A model generated the notes under the pieces. That model ran no database searches. It saw nothing but the letters and a program-made list of their open reading frames with translations, and was not told the DNA's origin. This document shows positions 18,475-26,452 of a DNA stretch of 32,927 nucleotides, one piece after another; within the stretch, counting starts at the first letter, position 1, and every line of letters starts with the position of its first letter. Made by a program: the position numbers and the translations under genes. The DNA is from Leptolyngbyaceae cyanobacterium CSSed165cm_216 (GTDB lineage: Bacteria; Cyanobacteriota; Cyanobacteriia; Phormidesmidales; Phormidesmidaceae), in the NCBI GenBank assembly GCA_007135385.1, contig SLIY01000466.1, positions 1 through 32,927 on the forward strand, written 5' to 3'.

Positions 18475-18522
18475 AAGTTTTGAGTTTTGAATTCTCAATA
18501 TTGAATTCAAAACTCAAAACTT
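18475..18522. repeat. Perfect 20-bp hairpin built from heptamer repeats
   Basis: AAGTTTTGAGTTTTGAATTC-N8-GAATTCAAAACTCAAAACTT, immediately after the ndhF3 stop. Confidence 0.85.
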
Positions 18523-18524
18523 CC

Positions 18525-18567
18525 TCTTCGGAGACGCTTTTCCTCGGAACGCTTTGCGAACGCGAAC
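18525..18567 (+). repeat. Nested pair of ~21-22-nt small dispersed repeats
   Basis: TCTTCGGAGACGCTTT[TCCTCGGAACGCTTTGCGAAC]GCGAAC. Confidence 0.6.
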
Positions 18568-18599
18568 GGGCACCCCTCCCAGGAGAGGACATTAAGTTC

Positions 18600-18638
18600 A
18601 AAATCTAAAATCTAAAATCTAAAATCTAAAATCCAAAA
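18600..18638 (+). repeat. STRR-like heptamer tandem repeat (AAAATCT x4, then AAAATCC)
   Basis: Directly visible just upstream of the ndhD3 ATG. Confidence 0.85.
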
Positions 18639-18653
18639 CGTCCCTTCCCTCCT

Positions 18654-20219
18654 ATGCTCACCACCCTTCTACTAATTCCTCTCATCGGCGCGATCGCCCT
18701 TTCCTGCTGGCCTGGCCTTTCGGCCAAGCAGGCCCGTAATGGGGCTCTGGTCAGCTCCGGTGCGGCGCTGCTGTGGACGGTCTGGCTGTTTACCCGGTTC
18801 GACCTGTCCTTTGGCGGTTTTCAGTTCCACGAGTTTTTGCCCTGGCTACCGGCCCTGGGCCTCAACTATGAACTGAGTTTAGACGGTCTCTCCCTGCTGA
18901 TGGTGGCCCTGAATAGCCTGCTCACTAGCATTGCTATCTGGAGTAGTTCGCCCCAACTGGAGCGGCCCCGGCTGTTTTACAGTCTATTGCTGGTGGTTAG
19001 TGCTGGGGTGGCTGGGGCCTTTGTGGCCCAGAACTTGATGTTGTTTTTCTTGCTTTATGAAATCGAGTTGGTACCCCTATACCTGCTGATTGCTATCTGG
19101 GGGGGCGAGAAACGGGCCTACGCTGCTACCAAGTTTTTGCTGTACACCGCCCTATCAGGGGCGCTGATGCTAGCTGGGTTTCTGGGGACCGTGTGGCTCA
19201 GTGGGGCAGAGGATTTTACCTACCATGCGGTGATGGGCCATGAGTTGCCGATGGTGTGGCAAACGGTGCTATTGGGGCTGTTACTGGTAGCCTTTGGGAT
19301 CAAAATTCCGCTGGTGCCATTCCATACTTGGTTACCCGATACCTACGTGGCGGCCAATACCCCTGTGGCGATGATGCTGGGGGGGGTGCTAGCCAAGCTG
19401 GGTACCTACGGACTGCTGCGGTTTGGCCTGGGTCTGTTTCCCGATGCCTGGGTCCAGTTTTCTCCCTACCTGGCGGGGTGGGCAGCGGTGAGCGTGCTGT
19501 ACGGGGCGGTAACGGCGATCGCCCAGAAAGACATCAAGCGCATGGTGGCCTATAGCTCCATCGGTCACATGGGCTATGTGCTGCTGGGCGGTGCGGCCAT
19601 GACTGACCTGGCCCTGACCGGGGCCCTCAGTCAAATGGTCTCCCATGGCATTATTTTGGCCATCCTATTCCACCTGGTGGGGGTGATTGAGGCCAAAGTT
19701 GGCACCCGTGACCTGGATGTACTAAACGGTCTGATGAACCCGATCCGGGGGTTGCCCATGGTCAGTGCCCTGCTAGTGCTGGGGGGTATGGCCAGTGCCG
19801 GTATCCCTGGCTTGGTGGGGTTTGTCACCGAGTTTCTGGTGTTTCAGGGCAGCTATGCGGTGTATCCGGTGCAAACTCTGTTGGGGGTGATTGGTACCGG
19901 TCTGACGGCGGTGTACTTCGTGATTCTGCTGAACCGCACCTGTTTTGGGCGGCTAGACAACGCGATCGCCTATTTCCCTAAAGTCACCTTCTCGGAAAAG
20001 CTACCCGCCTACGTGCTAGCTGGGCTGATTCTGTTCCTGGGCATCCAACCCAACTGGCTGGTGAAATGGGGCGAACCCACCGCCAGCGTCATGGTGGCGG
20101 CGATTCCGGTGGTGCTGGATCAGGTGGTGGCCGATGAGGCGATCGAGGACTTGCCTGGGGAAGTGGCCCCGGATCAGGTGATCCCATTCCCTGTCGCCAC
20201 CCTCCCTCCCCTGCCATGA
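18654..20219 (+). CDS. ndhD3: NAD(P)H-quinone oxidoreductase subunit D3 (NuoM family)
   Basis: 'FFLLYEIELVPLYLLIAIWGG', 'KIPLVPFHTWLPD', 'GLMNPIRGLP', 'LLNRTCFGRL'. Operon context. Confidence 0.93.
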   Translation: MLTTLLLIPLIGAIALSCWPGLSAKQARNGALVSSGAALLWTVWLFTRFDLSFGGFQFHEFLPWLPALGLNYELSLDGLSLLMVALNSLLTSIAIWSSSPQLERPRLFYSLLLVVSAGVAGAFVAQNLMLFFLLYEIELVPLYLLIAIWGGEKRAYAATKFLLYTALSGALMLAGFLGTVWLSGAEDFTYHAVMGHELPMVWQTVLLGLLLVAFGIKIPLVPFHTWLPDTYVAANTPVAMMLGGVLAKLGTYGLLRFGLGLFPDAWVQFSPYLAGWAAVSVLYGAVTAIAQKDIKRMVAYSSIGHMGYVLLGGAAMTDLALTGALSQMVSHGIILAILFHLVGVIEAKVGTRDLDVLNGLMNPIRGLPMVSALLVLGGMASAGIPGLVGFVTEFLVFQGSYAVYPVQTLLGVIGTGLTAVYFVILLNRTCFGRLDNAIAYFPKVTFSEKLPAYVLAGLILFLGIQPNWLVKWGEPTASVMVAAIPVVLDQVVADEAIEDLPGEVAPDQVIPFPVATLPPLP

Positions 20220-20230
20220 CCCCTAACCCT

Positions 20231-20258
20231 GTCGGGTGCACCTATGAAGCGATGCACC
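20231..20258 (+). repeat. Short REP-like palindrome (GTCG tag) facing copy C
   Basis: GTCG-GGTGCA-N12-TGCACC; the stem sequence matches that of 20300-20367, in the opposite orientation. Confidence 0.55.
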
Positions 20259-20299
20259 ACCCCACGACGCCACTCACCCATCGCCCTCATTCCCCCAGT

Positions 20300-20367
20300 G
20301 GTGCATTACGGCCAATATTTAATCGGGTGACACCAGCAGGGTGAACCTTAGGCCTAAGGCTCCCTAC
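20300..20367 (-). repeat. 68-nt GTAG-tagged bulged hairpin element, copy C (variant arms)
   Basis: Minus strand: GTAG-GGAGCCTTA-GGCC-[37 nt]-GGCC-G-TAATGCACC. Confidence 0.72.
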
Positions 20368-20383
20368 GGGCGATCAATGGAGG

Positions 20384-20812
20384 TTAGAGAAATTGCCAAA
20401 TTTCTTCAGGTACCAGATAACAGGGGCCGTTGCGCAGGGCGTCAGGCGATCGCCAAACCGCCTTAAACTTTCGCTTCCCTTCCACCACCTCTAGGCTCTC
20501 CTGTCCGTAGAGAGAGGTATCCACAAACCGTCCATCGTAGACAAACACAATCTCATGTCCCGGTTTCTCCTCGTAGACAAAAATGTTTTCTACAATGCCC
20601 AGCAGTTCAACCCCGGTAATGTCGGCCCCTACCTCCTCCTTAATTTCGCGAATTACTGCCTCGGCGCTGGTTTCCCCAAAGTCAATGCCACCTCCCAGGG
20701 GTCTGGCAAAGCCCCGCTCTTTGACCGAGTCGTAGGCCTCATGGACCAGAATCTCTGCCCCTCGCCGCAGCAAACAAATGGAAATTGGCCGAATCCGCGC
20801 TTTTTTGCCCAT
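20384..20812 (-). CDS. NUDIX hydrolase
   Basis: Nudix box GGGIDFGETSAEAVIREIKEEVG. Confidence 0.92.
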   Translation of the reverse strand: MGKKARIRPISICLLRRGAEILVHEAYDSVKERGFARPLGGGIDFGETSAEAVIREIKEEVGADITGVELLGIVENIFVYEEKPGHEIVFVYDGRFVDTSLYGQESLEVVEGKRKFKAVWRSPDALRNGPCYLVPEEIWQFL

Positions 20813-20975
20813 GTCAAAACCAAAATTTTGAATTCTGAATTTTAAGTGTTGAGTTCTCCCCGGAACAAATCTAATTCAAAACTCAAACCTAAACACTGAT
20901 CACTTCTCGTAAACCCACCCCCAGCCCCTCCCAGGAGGGGAAATCCCCTACCAAACTCTAAAATCCAAAATCGCC

Positions 20976-22265
20976 ATGCCCACCCTCACCCAAACCCCCA
21001 TCTCCCCTTCCACTCACCCCTACGCCGATGTGATTCACCGGCTAGAGGCGGGTGGGTCCATGCTGCCGGATACGCCGGAAAACCTGATGCAGATCATCGG
21101 CATCTACAAGGCCTATGCCGTGCCGATGGATTTTTACTGGCGGGATCTGCTTTACATTGCCGAACGGGTTTTCCTGAACCCGATCCCAGCGTTCAAGTAC
21201 TTTCTGTCCCAGGAGTACCTTGATCTCCCCAACCACTATGCCGGTGACACCGCCGACCTGCGCATCTGGCGGGGGGAGGCCACGGCCCACCCGGAACTCC
21301 TGGAATTCATGGCCAAGGGCGAAGTGAACCGTAGGCTGCCCAAGCTGTTCCATCACCTGTGGCACGATCGGATCAATATGGAATTTGCCGAGGCCTGTAT
21401 GCAAGCCATGCTGTGGCACCAGAATATGGGCGGCCGGTTCAATGATTACCTGTATACCGAGGAGTATCAGGAAGCCTGCGATCGCGCCATCCGGGCCTAC
21501 TTCAAAGGCAATCCCGCCATGCTAGGGCTGCACCGGTTGTTCCCCGACATGTTCTACGAAAAGTGTCGCGAGCTTTCCTACTACGCCAACTTGGGGCTGT
21601 TCTGGGAAGTGATGGCTCCGGTGTTTTTTGAAATGAGCGACATCTACGACGAGGGCGGCTTTGGGGGCGTACCCGACGCTATGAACTTTCTGGTCAACGG
21701 CATCTTTGCGGTGGCGGGTCGGCCCATCTACCACCATGTCTATGTCGGTGACGACTGCTTTGAGCTGATTCCCAAGTCCTGCGGCTTTACCTGGCTCTAC
21801 GAAGCCGCCCTACCCTACGTAGAGGCTGTTTTCTACCGCACCGCTCCCTTTCGGGGCACCAAGTCCTATAATGCCCAGGCGGGCCAAGTGCCTCAAGACC
21901 AATGCGACTTTCACTACGGCATCCTCTACGCCGATGTGTTCCCTGTGGGCAGCGCTGGCATTCCCCCCACCCTGCTGATGCAGGATATGCTGCACTTTTT
22001 GCCCCCCTACCTGCAGGCTTACTACCAGCAGCACTGCCGTGGAGAAGACGACATGCTGATCCAACTCGGTATCACCTTCCAGCGCTCCATGTACAACGTT
22101 ACCTCAGCGGTAATCCAAGCCCTGCGCGCCGCCCTCCTCTACCCTCTAGATGACCCCAATCCCCGCCACCTAGCCGCTAACCGCCAGTTCTTCGAAGCTC
22201 AGATGGACCGCTTCCTGCGCCCCGAGGCCCGGCTGAAGGATATTCAGCGACAGGAGTATCGATAG
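20976..22265 (+). CDS. cupA: CO2 hydration protein CupA (ChpY)
   Basis: 'IHRLEAGGSMLPDTPENL', 'HHLWHDRINMEFAEAC', 'FRGTKSYNAQA', 'GSAGIPPTLLMQDMLH'. Length of 429 aa fits CupA rather than CupB. Confidence 0.96.
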   Translation: MPTLTQTPISPSTHPYADVIHRLEAGGSMLPDTPENLMQIIGIYKAYAVPMDFYWRDLLYIAERVFLNPIPAFKYFLSQEYLDLPNHYAGDTADLRIWRGEATAHPELLEFMAKGEVNRRLPKLFHHLWHDRINMEFAEACMQAMLWHQNMGGRFNDYLYTEEYQEACDRAIRAYFKGNPAMLGLHRLFPDMFYEKCRELSYYANLGLFWEVMAPVFFEMSDIYDEGGFGGVPDAMNFLVNGIFAVAGRPIYHHVYVGDDCFELIPKSCGFTWLYEAALPYVEAVFYRTAPFRGTKSYNAQAGQVPQDQCDFHYGILYADVFPVGSAGIPPTLLMQDMLHFLPPYLQAYYQQHCRGEDDMLIQLGITFQRSMYNVTSAVIQALRAALLYPLDDPNPRHLAANRQFFEAQMDRFLRPEARLKDIQRQEYR

Positions 22266-22345
22266 AAAAGTTTTGAGTTCTTAGTTTTAAGTTTTTGCTG
22301 TAAGGCTTTAATTCAAAACTTTCTTCCCCTACTCCATCACCCCTA

Positions 22346-22372
22346 CCCTGCGGGAAGCCGCTCCGCGTCTAC
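22346..22372 (-). repeat. Small dispersed GTAG-tagged element embedded in CCATCACC-type repeats
   Basis: Minus strand GTAGACGCGGAGCGGCTTCCCGCAGGG interrupts a run of pyrimidine-rich octamers; resembles cyanobacterial SDR elements (recalled, not searched). Confidence 0.55.
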
Positions 22373-22408
22373 ACCCCCTACCCATCACCCTTCACCCCAT
22401 CCACCCCC

Positions 22409-22810
22409 ATGCCGACTATTGTCGATATTGCCGTCAACACCGAAGGCTTCTCCACCCTGGTCGCCGCCGTCCAGGCCGCTGGGTTAGTGGAAGCCCTACA
22501 AAGCCCTGGCCCCTTTACCGTCTTTGCCCCCAACGATGCCGCCTTTGCCAAGCTGCCCCCGGGCACGGTGCAAACCCTGGTACAAAATCCGCCCCAGCTC
22601 GGTCGCATTCTCAAGTTTCATGTCGTCGCGGGCAAATACACCCAGGACGAGCTGATCAAACTGGGCAAAGTCGAATCCTTAGAAGGGGCTCCCATTCCCA
22701 TCGATGGCACTGAAGCCTTTGAGGTGAAAAACGCCACGGTGCTGATGGCGGACATTGAGGCGGATAATGGCATTATTCATGTACTGGATAACGTCATTTT
22801 AATGGGCTGA
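22409..22810 (+). CDS. cupS: Fasciclin (FAS1)-domain subunit of NDH-1MS
   Basis: '[13 protein letters not shown]', '[17 protein letters not shown]', '[12 protein letters not shown]'. No signal peptide; 133 aa; follows cupA. Confidence 0.92.
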   Translation: MPTIVDIAVNTEGFSTLVAAVQAAGLVEALQSPGPFTVFAPNDAAFAKLPPGTVQTLVQNPPQLGRILKFHVVAGKYTQDELIKLGKVESLEGAPIPIDGTEAFEVKNATVLMADIEADNGIIHVLDNVILMG

Positions 22811-22910
22811 CAGCTTGCTGATTGGCGACCGTGGCTCGGTTTTGGCTTAAGCCAGTTACCATAAGACTGGGGTCCAAAACCTGGGCCCACCCTTTTCAGA
22901 TCATCGTCCT

Positions 22911-25178
22911 ATGTCAGTTCCTGAACCGTTGCCTCCGCCTATGGCCGCCGCTCCGGCGGCGGGTTTTGTGGCGGCTGGCGCAATGTTTGATGCTGCCCTA
23001 GCTCAGGTTCTAGATGCGATCGCGGCTCCGGTATTTATTCAAGATGCTCAACACCGCTGGTGCTTTTTGAATCGGGCCTGTGGGTACTTGGTGGGGGACG
23101 CCCCTGAGCGCTTGGTGGGTCAAACCCCAGCTGACAGGTTTGAGCCTGTGGTGGCACGCACCTTTGCCGCTGGGGCGGAGGGGGTGCTGGCTGGTAATCG
23201 GGCGCACGAGTACCAGGTCACCTTGTCTGACGCTGCTGGCAAACAACATGTGGTGATCGTTAAGGTTTCGCCCCTACAGGCCCCATCGGGGGAACCGCTA
23301 GTCTTAACCACCCTGCAAAACATCACCACCCAGCACCAGGTCAGCCAAACCCTAAAGCGCCAGTCCGAGCGAGAGCGCTTACTGGGGGCGATCGCCCAGC
23401 ATCTGCTTCAGTCTGTGAACCCCGAAGAGCTGCTGCAAACCACCGTGAATGAGGTGCGTCGGTTCTTAAAAATCGACTGGGCTATCTTCTATAGCTTTGA
23501 CCCAGACTACAAGGGGGTGGTGGCCGAGTCCGTCAACGGCCAATCAAACCCTATGGTGGGCCACATCGCCGAAATGCTTAGCTTTATCCCCACTGACCTC
23601 AGCCGCTACCGTCAAGGGGAGATGCAGGTGATCGACGACATTCGCACCGCTAACCTACCGGCCCCCTACCTGGCTCAACTCCATCGAGCCCAGGTGAAAG
23701 CTGGCTTAATCATTCCGATTGTGCAGGGGGAAGCCCTGTACGGCCTAGTCTGTGCCCTGAACCAACGGCAGCCCAGACCTTGGCACCCCTGGGAAGTGGA
23801 AACCCTACGGGAGGTGGCCACCCAGGTGGGTAGCGCTATTAAACAGGCCCGACTGTATAGCCAGGTGCAGCAGCTCAACAGTGATCTAGAGCAACTGGTG
23901 AACCAGCACACCCAACAGTTGCAGACGGCACTTGATTTTGAGGCCACCCTGAAGCGGATTACAGACCGGGTGCGCGATAGCCTAGACGTCAATCAAATCA
24001 TGCAAACGGCGGTGAAAGAGCTCACTGCCGCCCTGATGGCCAAAGGGTCGAACACGGCCCTCTATGACCTAGAACAGGGCACCTCTACCATCTATTACGA
24101 ATACAACAGCTCGGGACCGGCCTATCAGGGACGAGTATCTCAGATGGAAGCCTTTCCCGAAGTGTATGATCAATTGCTAAGTGGGCAGTACTTTCAGTTT
24201 TGTTCCATGGAGCCTAACCCCGATCGGGGTCATGTGGCCATGTTTGCCTGCCCGATTTTAGATGATCGGGGGGTACTTGGGGATCTGTGGCTGATCAACG
24301 GTCGCGACCATGGGTTCAAAGATATTGAAATTCGGTTGGTGCAACAGGTGGCCAATCAATGCGCGATCGCCATTCGCCAGGCCCGCCTCTACCAAGCCGC
24401 CCAGTCCCAGGTGGAAGAACTAGAGCGGCTGAATACCCTCAAAGATGACTTTCTGAGCACGGTATCCCACGAACTGCGTACCCCCGTCACCAGTATGAAG
24501 GTCGCCCTGCAACTGTTGGGGGTTACCCTCAACCAGGAGTTCGACCTCTCCGCCGACCAGGGCAAACCCAAGGCCGAGCAGTCCCGCATCTCCCGCTATT
24601 TCTACATTCTGCAGGAGGAATGCGAGCGGGAAATTAGCCTGATCAACGATTTGTTGGATTTACAACGGCTGGATGTGGGTAACCATCCCCTCCACGCAGA
24701 ACCCATTTCGCTTCAGCAGTGGTTGCCCTCCTGGGTAGATAGTTTCGTGACCCGTGCCAAAAGCCGTGAGCAAACCCTAGAGCTCATCACCGCCCCGTCC
24801 CTACCTGTGATCCACACGGACATGGCTAGTCTAGAACGGGTATTGGCGGAACTGCTGAACAACGCCTGTAAATACACTCCGCCGGGAGAACGCATTACCC
24901 TAGATGTAGCCCCCATCGCCAATCAAGGCTCTAGCCTGGTGCAATTGACCCTGACCAATACTGGCATTAGTATCCCCCCGGAAGAACAGGGGCGCATTTT
25001 TGATAAGTTTTACCGGGTGCCCAGCGCTGACCCTTGGAAGCAGGGGGGAACTGGCCTCGGCCTCGCTCTGGTGAAAAAGCTGGTGCAGTATCTCGGGGGC
25101 GATATTGGGGTGATGAGCGGCGATCGCTATACTTGCTTTACCGTCACCCTACCGACTCAAGCGGCTTTGACCTTCTAG
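22911..25178 (+). CDS. Soluble PAS-GAF-GAF histidine kinase
   Basis: PAS (aa ~30-140), two GAF domains, H-box VSHELRTP, N-box LLNNACKY, FDKFYR, GGTGLGL. Confidence 0.92.
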   Translation: MSVPEPLPPPMAAAPAAGFVAAGAMFDAALAQVLDAIAAPVFIQDAQHRWCFLNRACGYLVGDAPERLVGQTPADRFEPVVARTFAAGAEGVLAGNRAHEYQVTLSDAAGKQHVVIVKVSPLQAPSGEPLVLTTLQNITTQHQVSQTLKRQSERERLLGAIAQHLLQSVNPEELLQTTVNEVRRFLKIDWAIFYSFDPDYKGVVAESVNGQSNPMVGHIAEMLSFIPTDLSRYRQGEMQVIDDIRTANLPAPYLAQLHRAQVKAGLIIPIVQGEALYGLVCALNQRQPRPWHPWEVETLREVATQVGSAIKQARLYSQVQQLNSDLEQLVNQHTQQLQTALDFEATLKRITDRVRDSLDVNQIMQTAVKELTAALMAKGSNTALYDLEQGTSTIYYEYNSSGPAYQGRVSQMEAFPEVYDQLLSGQYFQFCSMEPNPDRGHVAMFACPILDDRGVLGDLWLINGRDHGFKDIEIRLVQQVANQCAIAIRQARLYQAAQSQVEELERLNTLKDDFLSTVSHELRTPVTSMKVALQLLGVTLNQEFDLSADQGKPKAEQSRISRYFYILQEECEREISLINDLLDLQRLDVGNHPLHAEPISLQQWLPSWVDSFVTRAKSREQTLELITAPSLPVIHTDMASLERVLAELLNNACKYTPPGERITLDVAPIANQGSSLVQLTLTNTGISIPPEEQGRIFDKFYRVPSADPWKQGGTGLGLALVKKLVQYLGGDIGVMSGDRYTCFTVTLPTQAALTF

Positions 25179-25210
25179 CCTTTTGCCGTCACCAAGGACG
25201 TTATCTGCCC

Positions 25211-25864
25211 ATGAACAACTCATCCACCCTTTACCAAGGCCAATTCGGCCCCTACACCATTGATGCCCAAGATCGCCGTGGGGTCGTGGTGTATCGCAGT
25301 GGTTTGATGGTGGCGGCCCTAGCCTTTGTCCTAGGCACAGGGCTAGCCCTGGGCTGGCCTAGTGACCCCCTAGCTGTGCAAGCCATTAGCCTTCTATACA
25401 CGCTCTTTTGGCTAGCCCTGGGGCTGAGCCTAGCCACAATCCACATTTACCTCGTCCCCCTACACCGCCTACTCCAGGGGTTTTGGCTGGTGGGAGGGTT
25501 GGCCTCCTTAGGCATTGCCCATGGGATCGATCAGCCCTTTGCCGCCACGGTGATCACCTATCCCCAAACCCTATGGGGCATCGGGTTCACCTTTGCCGCG
25601 TTAACCGGCATCTTTTTCAAAGAGGCCTTTTGCTTTAACCGTTTGGAAACCAAGCTGCTCACCCCGTTAGTCCCTCTGGTGCTGCTGGGTCACTTGTTTG
25701 GGCTGCTATCTACCCCTGTGTTGTCAGGGTTGATGGCCCTGTGGGCCTTGTTGTTTGTGGTGTTTGCCCTGCGCAAAGCCTTTCAACCGCTCGATCCTGA
25801 CATCGGTGATAAGTCAGTGTTCGAGTACTTAAAGGGCAATGTAGACACCGCCTCCGCCAGCTAG
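25211..25864 (+). CDS. Integral membrane protein, DUF2301-like
   Basis: 'YQGQFG', 'IHIYL', 'FKEAFCF', 'DIGDKSVF' motifs and hydrophobic helices. ATG at 25211. Confidence 0.85.
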   Translation: MNNSSTLYQGQFGPYTIDAQDRRGVVVYRSGLMVAALAFVLGTGLALGWPSDPLAVQAISLLYTLFWLALGLSLATIHIYLVPLHRLLQGFWLVGGLASLGIAHGIDQPFAATVITYPQTLWGIGFTFAALTGIFFKEAFCFNRLETKLLTPLVPLVLLGHLFGLLSTPVLSGLMALWALLFVVFALRKAFQPLDPDIGDKSVFEYLKGNVDTASAS

Positions 25865-26008
25865 GGCCAGCTGAGTTAAAGCCTGAAAGCGAGGGCATCG
25901 GTACAGTGGGTTCAGTAGCCAAAAATATAAAGAAAATCTACAGAAACTGACACCGATCCCCATAGAAGAGGGCAGGATAAAGAAGCCCAGATTCCCCGGA
26001 GACATCCT

Positions 26009-26407
26009 ATGCTAACCGTCGCTGACATCATGACTGAGGCCGTGACCACGATTTCGAGTGCCGCTACGGTGGCCGACGCCATCGAGTTAATGCAGCGCCA
26101 GGGAATCCGCTCTTTACTGGTAGAGCGACGTCAACAGGAAATGCCCTTTGGGATAGTTACCGAGCGTGACATCGTCTACACTGTGGTGGCACGGGGCCAC
26201 GACCCAGAGAAGGTGATCGTGCAAGACATCATGCGTCAGCCCTGCATTCCCCTAGAGCCTGATTTGACCATTCAAGAAGCCTCCCAATTGCTGTCTGATA
26301 CTGGCCTGCAACGGGCCCCCGTGGTCCAAAATGGGCGGCTACTGGGGGTAATTTCAGTCACTGATATTCTTATGCGCGGTATGCCCAGATTGGCCGTGAG
26401 CCAGTAG
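26009..26407 (+). CDS. Stand-alone tandem CBS (Bateman) domain protein
   Basis: 'VADIMT', 'GIVTERDI', 'VQDIM', 'LLGVISVTDIL'. Confidence 0.92.
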   Translation: MLTVADIMTEAVTTISSAATVADAIELMQRQGIRSLLVERRQQEMPFGIVTERDIVYTVVARGHDPEKVIVQDIMRQPCIPLEPDLTIQEASQLLSDTGLQRAPVVQNGRLLGVISVTDILMRGMPRLAVSQ

Positions 26408-26452
26408 GCTAGGGGGGGCGATACTGCTACATCACTGTCATGATTGCTGGTT

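Noticed and set aside
16619-22810. Constitutive ndhF4/ndhD4/cupB system
   Set aside because: The Cup protein's length and N-terminus, the presence of cupS and the NdhR box all indicate the F3/D3/CupA system.
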